Positions 10,453-24,064 are shown, counted from the stretch's first letter. The stretch is 64,000 bases of DNA from Lingula anatina (GCA_051362555.1 CM120649.1:4836001-4900000); one strand, 5' to 3'. The notes: generated by a model not told the origin, from the sequence alone. Numbers and translations are program-made.

Positions 10453-13400
10453 ATGTACCATTTAGGCTATGCCACTGGACAGGTTTATGGCACCAGTAAT
10501 TGCCAAAAACTTCAAGATTCCTACTGCTAAATCTAAGGCGTCCATACATTGGGTACTGTATCAATTTGAACTCAAAAATGTAATTGATCCGTTAGCAGCC
10601 CAGCACTGAAAGGTCTTTATTTTGAATTCTGCCTGACATGCAGTGTGTATACTAGCACATATCATCAAGCATGTGGATTTTACACATTTTCAAAATCATG
10701 CCACTTTTAGGATTTAAAAAACAAATGGTGGTAGTTTGTACTAAAAACTCACAAAATTTCTTATAAAATTAATCTGTGACATTTCCCAAAACTTTTTGTG
10801 ATATATAAGAACAATTACTTGAAAGTTCCAAATAACAAGTAGGGTTGGGATCTTGACATATATCTTTTTATTATTATTATTTTTTTTTTCATTTAATTGT
10901 ATTCATTTTTTGTTCGTCATTTTTTCATCTTTTATTTTATATAGCATACCTGTAGTGATTAGTCTTGGAAGCATAAGATGTTAGTGTTCGAAATTTTTTG
11001 ATAAATACCCTGCGGGGGCCATGTCCTATGTATAGAACCCAAGTGGACATTCACACATGGAGAAGGTACATATTAATGTAGAAAGTGGAACATTTTTTCA
11101 AGAATTTGTAGATCCTGGATTACCAGATAAAGACAAAAATTATGCTTTTTTTCTCAAGACAAACGAGTCTTGTGATTATTAAATTAAAATAATGTAGAAA
11201 ACTGGTTTTGGTGCAGTTAAGAATTAATTGAAATGATGAAGTCCGGACCCTAGAAAGAAATTTAGAGGGGGGGGGGGGTAATTCAAACAAACTCGTAGTC
11301 CTTTTCAGTGGAATGTTTACACTAGTATATATCTGCCTTTATCTTTATATGTTTGGGTTTGTATTGTCCAGTATTTATAACCTCTTGTTGGTAGTATATT
11401 CATGGTTTGTGGTATGAATTAATTATTAACTATTACAATCCTTAAATCATGTAAGTGTAACATATACTTATGTCCCAACTTGAGAGAATAAACAGTGATT
11501 TATCACTGTCCAGCACACCCTGTACATCTCTGGAAACCTACTGGGCAGGCCACTGATTATAGAGGGGGGGGGGGTTCAAGAACTGAAGGATGGAATTCAG
11601 GGTGCAACCCCCCTAATGTTATTTCTTGTAGTTGTTATTTATCAATTTTAATTTGAAATATGAAATAAACTTTGATGAAAATACTATTTGTGTAATGATA
11701 ATTTTGTCGCATTGCTGTGGATAGACAATATTGAGATAATTAACACCAAGCACCCAAAGTATGCTTAACAGCCATGCATTGCGTATTGACGTATCAATTT
11801 GTTATCAGCTTTTAAATGATCTTCTGGAGAAATGGGAGTACTGTCACGTAATGTGTTTAACTTAATAATTAAATACCCCTTTGTCTTCATCCACTTTAAG
11901 AAACCTTCACACTGCACACAAATATTTGGCATGTTAATTCTGAAATTTACACTTGAAGCAAGGCATGCAAATTATCAAAAAGACATTTTTCTAACTTTCA
12001 ACACTATGTCTCAACCCCCTCAGAAAAACGCTAGATCTACCAGTTGTGAGATTTCTTTTCATCAGGTTCACACTGAATCAAAAAAATCTTTGCTTGAATG
12101 TACAAAAACTTTATTTCAGAATCAAATGATGACACTTTGTCTACTGAATCAGTACATTTTATCACAACAAAGTAATTCATTAAAATGTAAGTAATTTAAA
12201 AACAAGTTTATATTATCAAAAAACAACAAATTGGTATGAATCCTACCTATATAACACGATAATTTCTTAACAAAACTGTCCATTGTTGTTGTTTTTTAAC
12301 TGAACAATATATAATTACATAAATATAATTTACATATACACATAAACAAAAATAATTTCAAGCATATTACCTTGACCAGCAAGATAAAAATGCACCATGT
12401 ACAAATGTATAACACAAAATGTTTTTTTTTCTTAAAACTAGGGCTGAACACATAAAATTGTCACACAGTTAACATTCTAACAAATCAAACAAAGTGTGGA
12501 CACACAGTAGAAGAGCCACAAAAAGTTGCAATACAATTATCATATAATAAGGCAAAATATCTTGCATCACATCACAAATTAGAAATTACAAAATAATGAT
12601 ATTTTATCTTATACACAAATTACAAAAGAAAATTCACAAAATATAATTATGGGAACTAAATTAACTCCCCACTTAAGTAAGTACGAACATGGACCTTATG
12701 TAAAGGTAGTTTTGTCTTGCTTTTATTGGCATCAATATCATATCAACTAAATCCTAAAACGTCATTCTTTGTTTGAATGCACAGCTTGACATTAGCTTAT
12801 CAAACAGTTTATATACTAATATTTGGTATTATTCCTGCACTATCACCCTTTTCATTTTGATTGAAAATAAAAAAGACAGAGGCTCAAATAAGGTTGTCTA
12901 CTGCATAGCAAGTTGAGTCATTTTTACAATAAATATAAGTAAATAAAATGATTTTTTACACATATATGAAGAACAACTTCCAAAGGAAGGTTGTATAATA
13001 CTGTTATCATTCAGTCAATAGTAGATCTGCCATCAGGAGCTATGTGAGCCCAAGGCCACTACCCATTAATACTTGACATTTACATATTAGACCATTTAAA
13101 TAAAATTATTATGCAGAGACTCTCCAGGACATTATATTTATTTTTGAGCATATTTCAGAATGTTATTATGTAGAGAATTTCCAGAACCTCAGACATGTTA
13201 TCTGTTGTGAAATACCCGTGGTAGGTTCTTGCAAGCATGACATTTTGCTGTTAGACCTTATCTAATGCAAAGTTGTCTGAACATGCAACTAAATACTGTC
13301 TGTTTAGCCATTGCTGCCTTATATGAAATGTATTCAGTTCTGTATTAATGTCTTCAGATCCCTTTCAAAATCTGAAGCCCAGTGATTTACTGTAAGGTAA

Positions 13401-13631
13401 GAACTTTCAAAAACTGTGGATAGAAGGAAAAAACTTTACCTGTCTTTATGTTGAAATGTTACTATTTTTTTATCAATGTTTGAGAATTGTCTTATATTTT
13501 CAGTGTCTAAAGTATTGCCTTATAAGATGACCAATTTGTTTTCCTTTTCGGCTTGGAATTGATAGGAATACTGAGATGCCCCTCTTCAAAAATCATCCTC
13601 ATTGAGTATTTTTCATAAACTGTACTTATAG

Positions 13632-14540
13632 TTAGTTGTGATGCAGGTGAAGATTGGCAGGTGCTGTGGGGTCTGATTTTACGACGACAACTTTGCCTGG
13701 ACGAGGGTTTTGGGCCACCAAGTAATCGGTCATCTGAATGTCCAAGGCCTTGAGTTCTCTGAAATGCTTCAGTTTTTCTTCATCTGTGGAGCACCGAGCC
13801 TAGTAATAGGAAAAAGGATAGCAAACTGAATTCTATAATATTTATGTTTATTTGTTTGCTTGATTTTTTTTTTTTTTTTTTTTTTTTTTGGGAGGGGGGG
13901 TGTAATTCAAAAAGAGCTTGAAACAACCCACTTTTTACCATCTTTTATATAGCAGTCTAGACTAGCGACTAGGTGATAGCTAATAACCTAAATAGAAGTT
14001 GATAACAAACTGTTATCTGGGAGAGCATGATCAGCATCTTGCTTTTAACTACCTAAAATAAATGGATAAGACTTTTTTGGTATCTACTGTACCTGTAGTT
14101 TGGCCATCTGTTCTCTTTGCATTTGTTTTGTGCTTTCTTGTTTACTTTTCACATCCAGCTTCAGCTGATGTTCCAGCTGCAGTCTGATAAAAAAGACATA
14201 AAAATAAAAATTAAAAGAGATTTGTTGAAATTGAATACAAACATACATACCTGAAAATAAGCTTGTACATTATCATATGATATCTTGTCAAAGTACACAT
14301 AACTCATTATGCCAAATCTCACAATAATTATCATGTCTAAATCTAATTAAATAGTATCAATGGAATCGTCATGCACCACCAAACTTTGTGTACTTTGAGT
14401 TACAAACGAGCACACATAGATAGTGAACATTGTGACATAGAGTAGTTAAACTGCTGGTTACAAGAAGCAAGTTACCAATAGAAATGCCTTTAGTGTACAA
14501 TGTCAATCTGATTATGTTTTGTAGAAGTTTTACATACAAA

Positions 14541-14581
<41 letters not shown>

Positions 14582-17500
14582 AATAAAAATAAAAATGAGT
14601 TACCTTTCCATTGTTTGGTCATGTACCAGTTTCTCAAGTGCCATCTTTTGTTCTGAAGTGGAACATTTGTATATTGATGATATTTTAATACTTTAAAAAG
14701 AACCATTAGTTGGCACATATGACTGGCACATTAGTTGGCACATAAAACAACTGTTACAGTACCTTTTATAAGATTTGTGTAGCCTTCTTAGACATGGGTC
14801 TTCATTTAAAAGGCTTCTGAACACAGTCATTTACTGTGGGACTAAACACTTAATTTGGACAGAGGGTGCATGGGCAAACATCAAAATTAAAATCAGAGAA
14901 AGTTAATGTCTGCGTTCTAAAGAAAAATCATAAATTAAAATAAATATACCTAGTTCTGCTCTCTCCATTTCTGCCTTCAATGTTGCATCTACCATGTTTT
15001 GGTTTTGTTCTTCTGTTTCAAACTACAAAAATTTTAAAAAGTCAATAAACATTACATAGGCACATAAAAGGTAAATAAGCATAATACCTGCTATTAAATG
15101 TTGCTGCAATTTTTAAACTTCATTGCAGTTATGTATCACTGTCGTGCAATGTGTCACAATTAAAACGTTAAAACACAAACAAATTGAAATGTTTAAGATA
15201 AACCACATGGGTAAAAACATCTGATAAGTAAAAAGCTAAAAAAATCAAGAAAACAATAGTTAATCAAGCAAAAAAGTATAGAAAACGTTATCCATATAAG
15301 TTTTAAGAGAGTATTCCCCTCAGTAAAGCAGACTTGAAAAACTTCTTGTAAATTCACCATCCCACACAAAAAAAGTTTGATATGTGACAAAAGAAGAATC
15401 ATGAAATATTCAAGACAAAGAAATCAGGTACCTGTATTTTGAGTCTAGTTCTCTTCTCCACCGAGCTGTCATGAAGAACCTGTAGCTTGTCCCAAGCGAA
15501 GTAACCCCTGTAGACGACCTTGGAAACGGAGTAACCAATAGCTTTGCAGCGTTCCAGAAGGCGAGGGTATGACGATAAATTGTTCAACTCGTTGGATTTT
15601 TCAACAAATTCCATATACCTATGAACGGATTGGAGACATGAAAAGATTTACCAACACAGTATACAGCAGTAAGAGTGTGTCCACACACAGAACAAACTTG
15701 GATTGAAAATGGGCTAAAATACAGCTGAATGCAAACACATTCTAAGACCAACTCCATGAAGTATAAGTAACACTGATCGGTCACACCCAACTATTTTGTA
15801 TTTTCATGTTAACGGTAAGAGAGGCTGCTTAATAAGTAAGTGAGAAGGTTACTTCAGGAAATTACATGACTGGTAAAACTTCTTTAACTGAAATCAAACC
15901 TTCTACCTAACACGAGTTGAAGTCTAAAGAGAAAAAACAGCATACTTACGTAAGTTTTGCAGCAAAGGCCACAACATCAGCACAAAGACAACTGAAAAAA
16001 AAGAAATATGTTTTATTTACAGTTTAACATATTAATTTATAATTGCTTTCCTTTCAAATTGAGAATATTTGTAATTAAGGTATTATTCATCAATTGTTTG
16101 AAGGACCCAACATGACTGAAAAACATTCTAGAGAGAAAAGATAGAGATATATTGAAATGTATCACCATCCACTTACTTGATAAAATCTGCCATTGGGTCC
16201 ATAGTTGATGTTAACTATAACACAAGTAAAAAAATAATTACATCACATAATTTAAAGAGAAAAAAACATCAATGATGTAAACTTCTACTCTGGTAATTAG
16301 GATTTGAATTTCATGTTCTAATATGTTGAATTAATATAGTAGACTATGTGAAAAGAACGTTCTATTAATCATATACTTTTAAACTCCTGGCACATTACCA
16401 TGTATAACTCTAAATGGTAATCATGAAACTGTACAGGAAAACTGCCTGTGCATAAAAAACGGCCTTCTGTACAAAAGACTTGTGCATACCATGAGTTCTA
16501 TATCTGTGAGTTCGTAAAACATCATCAGTTTAACCCGCATCACTGCATGGTCAGCTGTACGGACTTCATCCACCTGAAAAAAAAAACACATTAAATATTA
16601 AAAAGGTAGCCTATTCTGAACTTTCCCTGCCAAATCTAATTTTCCAAGGGAGTGGAGACGCAATATTTATCTCTCCTACTCAAAAGAAATTGCTCAACTC
16701 TTCCCTGCACACAGATTTGATGTTTTACACCATTTCTGATTCAGTAATTTAGTTTTAAGTAGCTTTTAAGAATATATAGACAGAGCCAACAATTCTCTGT
16801 ACATTTCAAATACAGATAGTGTACCTTTGAGACAAAACAGATACTTATACACAATCTTGCAATTAATTAGTACTTACATTATAATAGAACTGGTCAGGGA
16901 TCACCTGCAGTTTGGTAAATTTCAAACTTTTGGGAATTTTTCTTGTCTTGTTATCTGGGTCAGTCCCGTGCCAGCAGAATTCATGCAACCTGTATAAATA
17001 TAAAAATGGTAATTTCTTAACAACAAGAATTTGTGCCAACACAAGTCATGCAACCTGACATACTTAATATAAACATGGAAATTACTTATATAACTCAAAC
17101 TCCTCAATAATAACAAACATTAAACCATTACAGTAGTTATGGCCTAAGACACTCACAAAAAAAATTAAATTGAAATATCACATTTTCTTCAGCATAAGAA
17201 GAAAAATGTTTTGTTTTTGATGAAAATGTACATATGTGGTAAAAAGAAGCAATCAAGGTCAACAAAATGCATAAATTGCACCATTTCTAATGAATTTCTC
17301 CCCAGGAAGGGAAGATGGAGTGCGGATAAGAGGTTTTAAACATTAAAACCTGTTTCTCCCCTTCAAGAAATCCTGAATCTGTCACTGTCAAATCTGATCC
17401 TTACCATTCATTGGCCTTGGGTATGAACACACAAGGACCATGCTGCAGATATCGTCCAACTTGTTTTGTGTCTGCGCTGTATTTGTACACCACCACCAAC

Positions 17501-19335
17501 TCGTTAGCATCCAGAGAAATCCCAGAACGCACCTTGATATCACTGTGACACATGGGGTTTCTGAACAACCAGCAAGGGCTGAAATTAGCATATCATTTAC
17601 ATATGATTAGCGTATCAGACTCCATCTTCATATCCCTGCGACATGCAAACCTGTTTGAGACTCTCTTTTTCAGAAACCAAGAAAGAAGCATTTTGCTTTC
17701 AATAAGTTAAAAAGCATTTGTAAAATATAACTAGGTTTCACATGGACACTGGTCTTTAGTATGGCCAAGCCATTGCAACAAGTTGATGCTCACTTTCAGT
17801 GATAAAGTGTAAGATTTTTAACACACTTAAAGTGGAATATGTAAATCACTGCTTACTGAACTTATATGAAGAAAAGCAATACTTTTGATCATTTTTTTCC
17901 TCACTAAATCTGACCCCTTAATTAGGTCGATATATTAGTAATAAAATGATTTCTTACCCAGGTTTGTGCTCCACTCTGCCATCTTTATACTGGATAATGA
18001 GGTAATGATTCTGATCTGCAGAAAACCTCCTCAGCAAGGTAAACTTCTCTCTGAAGAGAAATATCTAAAAAAAAAAACAAACAAAGTGTGGATTTAGTGG
18101 AGGAAAATGTGTAAAAGAAGAAATTATCTTAAAAGAGGGGAAATCAGAACAAATGCTAAAATATGATGACTAGCTAAACTACAAACTCACCTACAATTAC
18201 TTCAAAACTTGTCGGGCAAAATCTATGCATGTTGGTTCTTTGATAAATTTTAGCTTTAAAATGTTATACACCATTTATAGTTACTAGTAAATTATGTTGT
18301 TTTTTTCTCTTTAGACAAATAATATTAATAATATTGTATCTGTCATGAATGAAATGGTTCAATCATAATTGGAACAAAATGTCATATGGCTTGTTTAGAT
18401 TGTGGCATATTATATATATATATATATATATCAGCTACTATTTGTAGAAGTAAGCCTAGGCTAGGTTTCATCAACACTGCATGGATAGCTAATATATGTG
18501 AGAGAGCCTCCTTAAATACTGCTGCTCACCTCTGGTGCTCTCATCTCAATTTTTGTAACAGCCAGATGGGCCTCTGGTACAGAGATAATTAATCATCTGG
18601 GCAGCTTATACAGTGGTTATCAGAATATTTTATCAACAGTGAATATATCCAGGGGAATAGTACATCCACAGTATAGTGCTATCTAGAACTGATGGAACTA
18701 ACCTAGCTTAAAACTATGACTCTGATTTTCTGATTCCACGTATCATGCATCATATAATAATATATAGGCCATGTGATTTCATTGACAGTGCCGTTAATTT
18801 CAAAGAGTGCCCACATGCATTCACGCACGCATGTGCACATACAGTCATACCTGCATCAACACACTCTCTTAATTAATAGACATATTTAATCAATATCCAA
18901 TTCCAATGTCTACAAAAATTAAGTGACCTACTCTTTGGGGACCTTCTTCTATTCTTGCTGTGCCATGGATATCATACACCAGTGCCTTGAACATATGCAA
19001 TATATGTATTAGCTAGACTTTAAAGATTGTTTTTTCAGTTTAAACTGTGTTAATTTATTACAAATCAAAATATGTACAACACCTATATAGGTTCAAATTA
19101 TAATTTAGTAGTTCACTTCTTTCTTTTATATTATTTGGTCATTATTATCATGATTAAATTATCCCTCATAAGTAATCAATTATGCATTAAAATATGAACT
19201 GTTGGCATAATTCTGTATTTTCATAATTATATGCTATTTTATATGTAGCAGCCAGTATATCATAATATTCAGTGTTATATATGCTATATTCACCTGTTCT
19301 CCAACATCAAGGGTAACCCACTCCATAAACACCAT
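13632..19335 (-). CDS. Uncharacterised 406-aa protein with MVP-like beta repeats, an SPFH/band-7-like shoulder and a long C-terminal helix (major-vault-protein-like)
   Basis: 13 GT-AG exons with consistent phases: 19335-19294, 18985-18932, 18064-17958, 17578-17405, 16989-16878, 16573-16490, 16214-16177, 15991-15950, 15618-15432, 15022-14950, 14652-14604, 14183-14093, 13799-13632 (1221 nt, no internal stop). The gene model is strong; the domain assignment is by eye and less certain. Confidence 0.85.
14542..14580. repeat. (ATT)n microsatellite (intronic)
   Basis: About 13 ATT units; explains the poly-Ile ORF at 14484. Confidence 0.9.
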
Positions 19336-21434
19336 GTTAATCAGTTTACTTGTCTCTCGGTAGACTCAAACGTTCGACTGCTGTCGAGTACTGGTTTGTT
19401 GCTGATGTAGATCTTGGTTCTTAAAGTTAAAATTCAATATAGCTGTTCCAGTGTCAATTATTTGTCAATAATGCCTTAGAATTCACCATGCTGCAATTCC
19501 TGGGTCGTTATTTTGATGTTAAAATTAGATTAAGTTAGTCACGAAATGGTCAAAAATAGCTTTTCTTGCGTCACTGATCTCAAGCGTCACTCAGGTTGTT
19601 AAATAGTCAATGCCCTGTTAACAATAAGCATCTATTTTTAGACCACTGACATCATAAATTCTATTCTCTGGCCTCGTTTGGGTGAACTGCTCTTTACATA
19701 TTGGAGGAAGGACTAGTTAAATGATTACACCGTGCCAGACAGTGTTCGTGGTTCATGCTTTATCGCAGTCAATCACTATTAAATGATATAAGGGAAAAAT
19801 AGTTACAAGCCGAAAAAATATGTTAAGCTACAAAAGGAGTAAGATAGCTAGAATTAGCTTAATTAAATCCAGTTTTTAACAATAAGTATTTAGGCTATAT
19901 AGAAAATTTATTTAATTATTAATTGCAATGATTACTGAGCTAAATAATTAATACATTATCTATTGGTTATATATAACTTTTAGTGATGAGAAGTGAGCTG
20001 CCTAGGCCTAGAGTCATTCTTATGGAAAAATAAATTTATTTACACTGCGTTTTAATTAGGTCGTGTTTCTCACAACTTCAACTCAGTAGAGCAACATTAA
20101 TTACTGTCACCTTTTCCCGACAGGAGTGCACCTCTTGTCAAATTCAGGCATAAGTGCAACCTTTTCTATTTATTTTACCAATAGAAATACGGTTTGTTAT
20201 TGTCACCAACTTAAGCCGTCAGATGGCAGCACCCATGCGCGTACGTATCCCAGCAGGCACACAACGTTGATTCAACGTTGAATCAACGTTGATTCTCAAC
20301 GTTGAATTTATGTTTGAAAATGGAAGTTTGTGTCAACGTTGAAAAGTCAACGTTGAATCAACGTTGAAAAGTCAACGTTGAATCAACGTTGGCAATTCAA
20401 CATTGAATCAACGTTGGCAATTCAACGTTGTTTCAACATTAGAAATCTCAATTAATGTTGATTATATGTTGATTTAGCATTGATTATATCTTGATTTAAC
20501 ATTAAATAAAAGTTGAGACAAATAGCATTTTCAATGTCTTTATTTTGTCACTGCATAAAAGGAAAAATGCTGCTAATTTAAGTAGTTAAAATATACATAG
20601 TTTACAACATAGCAATAATAAATAAAAAACTAAGAACAACACTTTTTTTTTTACAAAACAAAGCTGCACATCGAATCTGAACTAACACAAAAATTGTAAT
20701 TAATTATGCATGTACATAGTGGGGGGGGGGGATTTTTGCACACCTTAACCTAAATTATACTATACATTGTGATTTTTAAAGTAAATTATAATTCAAACAT
20801 ATCATTAATAATCATAATCACTAGTTCTGTAATAAATAAATCTTGAATAATGAATGAAAAAACATTGTTTTTTAGATGACAGAGAGTTCATTATAACAAA
20901 ATTATAAATAACCATGCAGTAACTGTTTCAATTAAACTTGCATGCTGTCTACATACATGCAAACTCTGAAAAAAGAATTATGTATACCCCATAGATATAG
21001 ATGTACAATAAAAAGACAATTACATGTGCACAAACACAAACCCCAGTATATTGTTGATGCTTTTGAATGAAATTACATCATGAATAAAATCACTCAATGA
21101 GTTGAACCAGTTTGGAACACTTGTGCTTTTTTCATATCCATATCACTAAGAAATGATACATCAGGCTCCTTGACAAGCTAATAATAATTAAAGGAATTAA
21201 CAATGTAACAAGTACATCTACCAAATTAACAACAGCTCATTTAAATGTCAGGTAAAAACACAACATCCCTTCCTTTGTTAAAGAGAATAAAACTGTCCTT
21301 TCAAATATATGCTAATTGACAGTTCAGTCTTTAAATTGTCTTTTCAAACATTTGCAGAATAACATATGAACTCCAACTATAATTATTCTAACCACATTGA
21401 AAATTCTCAAATCTAATCAACTCATATCAAACCC

Positions 21435-21585
21435 TACCCTCTACCAGGGCGACTGATAGATTTTTACGGATATTCACAGATATGTCTCTAGCTAGATTAG
21501 TCACTTGGAGCTTAAAATGACAATCTAGCTAGAGACATATCTGTGAATATCCGTAAAAATCTATCAGTCGCCCTGGTAGAGGGTA
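21435..21585. mobile_element. 151-bp palindromic MITE with 9-bp TSD
   Basis: TIR taccctctaccagggcgactgatagatttttacggatattcacagatatgtctctagctagatt with an exact inverse; TSD ATCAAACCC at 21426-21434 and 21586-21594. A 9-bp TSD suggests MULE or AcademH, which cannot be resolved here. Confidence 0.88.
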
Positions 21586-21594
21586 ATCAAACCC

Positions 21595-22496
21595 CATGTC
21601 CCTTTCACTACAATACTACAAATTCCACATGGTCTCTTTCTTTGTCTGCCTTTAAGTCACATTCAAATGCTCCCTTCACTTTAAAGGTTTCTCAGACATG
21701 TCTGAATAATACTGTTTGTTTTGTGGTCCTCCACAAGAGCCCGAGACGCATTTTTTTTTTCTTGGATTGCAGCATTCCCCATGTATTTTCATCAATGATA
21801 TTACAATATGCGCCTGAATCTGGTAATACAGCTAGTACACTGAGATTAATGCCGCCTATCTCTATTTCCACCAAGTCTCAGTGTATATTGCATTGGTTAC
21901 CCCACACCAAATGTATATGCACTCCTGGATTATCATGTTCATAACTGTCATATACATGAATATAAGTTTCAGTTTTGCAGACTTGTTGCACGTTCCATGT
22001 TTTCTCAGTCGGGGTGGTTTCTACTTCGTTTTTTCATGTCTGAACTCGTGGTGTTTAGACTGAGTTGGTTTGTCAAATGACTTCGGTTTTTAACATACTC
22101 ACAGTTTCTGGAGTTGCACTTTCATTTAAAGCGTTAACAGTCTATGTGTGTCCATGTTTCACACCTGCAATATGTTTGGGAGAGTCATGAAAATATCTTG
22201 TACACGTCCCCCTGAATGCTACATCAGCGCGCGTCTCTTCTGACATGTATTTTTTAATTTTCTGTCTTTGTTCATTATTTCTTTTCGTCCGTTGGTTCTG
22301 AAACGATCAAACCTTTTCCGTCAGCAAATGATTTATCTCTCTCTTTCTCATCCTGCAAACTGTCTAGCCAGCGTGGCCCGTATTTCTCCGGACTTCTGTA
22401 CGCTTCGAATTTCGTAATTTCACGTTTTTCCTCCATTTTCTCAAAGAAAGTTGGCTCGTAGTTTTGCACTAAAGTTAATCCTCGTCTCCAGTGTTG
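21595..22496 (-). mobile_element. Degenerate Ty3/Gypsy LTR-retrotransposon gag-protease relic
   Basis: Aspartic protease motif IGGINLSVLAVLPDSGAYCNIIDENTWGML (21692-21874). PBS-like CAACA-C-TGGAGACGAGG at 22496-22480, followed by a gag-like ORF start (22275-22469). Frameshifts and stops throughout. Confidence 0.7.
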
Positions 22497-22919
22497 ATAC
22501 CTTCGAATTATATCGCATCACGAATCGAATCAATCAACGAATTATATCAGTTTCATACGCCTGTGCTTCTTCGTATCCACAACTCTATAAACGCTACATC
22601 CGGGTACTTGACCGGCTTGTCATAAAAAGCGGAATTTAAGAATAGTATATAAGAACGAGTACTTAGCTCTAAAAAGTTAACAGTTCATTCAAATGTCAAG
22701 TCCAATTTATATCAAATAGTGCAAATATGATGAGGGGACTTTGAAGAAAAGAGAGAAAGAGAGAGATAAATCAAAATTGATCAAATGACGTTAGTTCAAT
22801 GCATTCAACTCACTTGTCAATAAAAAAAAAAAAAAAATAGACAAAAATTAAATAATTAAAATAATAAAATAAATAAAAAATAAAATAAATGACATCACCA
22901 AATATTGGCTTGATGGCAA

Positions 22920-22956
<37 letters not shown>

Positions 22957-23289
22957 ACAGACACAGATTTGTCTGTATAGGCTTCAAATAACTGTCACCT
23001 GCGGTCTGTCGTCGCGGTCGGCATGCATACTGTCTCAGGTTGAAATGCAAAAACTGAATCCATGTTGAATTAACGTACATCTTTAACTAATTATAAGTTA
23101 CCTCCTGAATAGTCATTATGTTAACTTGAAATGCCAAAGTTGAATCAATGTTAAAACCTGACCAGAAAATCAATGTTGGGAGGAATAATTGAATCAATGT
23201 GAAAAATTTACTCAAACATCAACTTTCAAAAATGCAAGTTGAATAAGGTTGAAATAATGTAGGTTTATCAACTCAATCTTACTTCAAAG

Positions 23290-23700
23290 TTGAATCAATG
23301 TTGGCATGCCAACGTTGAATTTGTTGTCGTTGAATCAAAGTTGAATCAATGTTGAAATGCCAACGTTGAATTTGTTGTCGTTGAATCAAAGTTGAATCAA
23401 CGTTGAAATGCCAACGTTGAATTTGTTGTCGTTGAATCAACGTTGAATCAATGTTGAAATGTCAACGTTGAATTTGTTGTCGTTGAATCAAAGTTGAATC
23501 AACGTTGAAATGCCAACGTTGAATTTGTTGTCGTTGAATCAACGTTGAATCAACGTTGAAATGCCAATGTTGAATTTGTTGACGTTGAATCAACATTGAA
23601 TCAACGTTGAAATGCCAACGTTGAATTTGTTGTCGTTGAATCAACGTTGAATCAACGTTGAAATGCCAACGTTGAATTATGGTCGTTGAATCAACGTTGA
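23290..23700. repeat. 51-bp tandem repeat (subterminal array of the EnSpm-like element)
   Basis: About 8 units of aatgccaacgttgaatttgttgtcgttgaatcaacgttgaatcaacgttga. Produces the 17-aa repeat ORF at 23462-23644. Confidence 0.9.
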
Positions 23701-23983
23701 TTCAACGTTTATCAACGTCTCAACATAAATTCAACGTTGATTCAACGTTGAATCAACGTTGTGTGCCTGCTGGGATGCTATATATAGAAATTACCTTGAT
23801 ATTGCATTCTGAAAGGAACTACAGTAATGCTAAAACAGATAAAAGAAAATAATTATGTTTAGTGACATATATTTAAAATTTTTTTTTAACTCGTTAAGTA
23901 ACATGGATAAGGAATTGTCTTTGTTTTTTGGTGTTACCAGATATGTAAGCGAAGTATATGCCCCCTGTAATTAAGAGAGAAGA

Positions 23984-24023
23984 ACTCACCTGAGTCGCCA
24001 TCTTGTCTTTCACGACTAAAAAT
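23984..24023 (+). promoter_or_regulatory. Putative U6 type-3 Pol III promoter (PSE-like ACTCACCTGAGTCGCCAT at about -62; weak TAAAAA at about -30)
   Basis: The TCACC core at 23986-23990 sits at the expected PSE distance from the U6 start at 24048. The TATA box is non-canonical. Confidence 0.45.
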
Positions 24024-24047
24024 TGACAGAAAGTAACCCGAATAAGT

Positions 24048-24064
24048 GTCTTCACTACGGTGGG

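Larger units (their letters stand above)
20249..23774. mobile_element. Non-autonomous CMC-EnSpm/CACTA-like DNA transposon, 3526 bp
   Basis: Perfect TIR cccagcaggcacacaacgttgattcaacgttgaatcaacgttga at 20249 with its reverse complement ending at 23774. 2-bp TSD AT (20247-48 / 23775-76). Subterminal arrays of palindromic TCAACGTTGA at both ends. No transposase ORF. Confidence 0.88.

Noticed and set aside
11832-12194. 120-aa ORF between FUNDC1 and the vault-like gene
   Set aside because: Lies in the convergent 3'-end region; no domain features.
20216-20231. CTCF-like motif CCGTCAGATGGCAGCA
   Set aside because: A single imperfect match cannot be supported from sequence alone.
23290-23760. Regular palindromic repeats resembling a CRISPR array, and the repeat ORF 23462-23644
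   Set aside because: No unique spacers and no cas genes, in a eukaryotic context; the repeats are the subterminal array of the TIR element.
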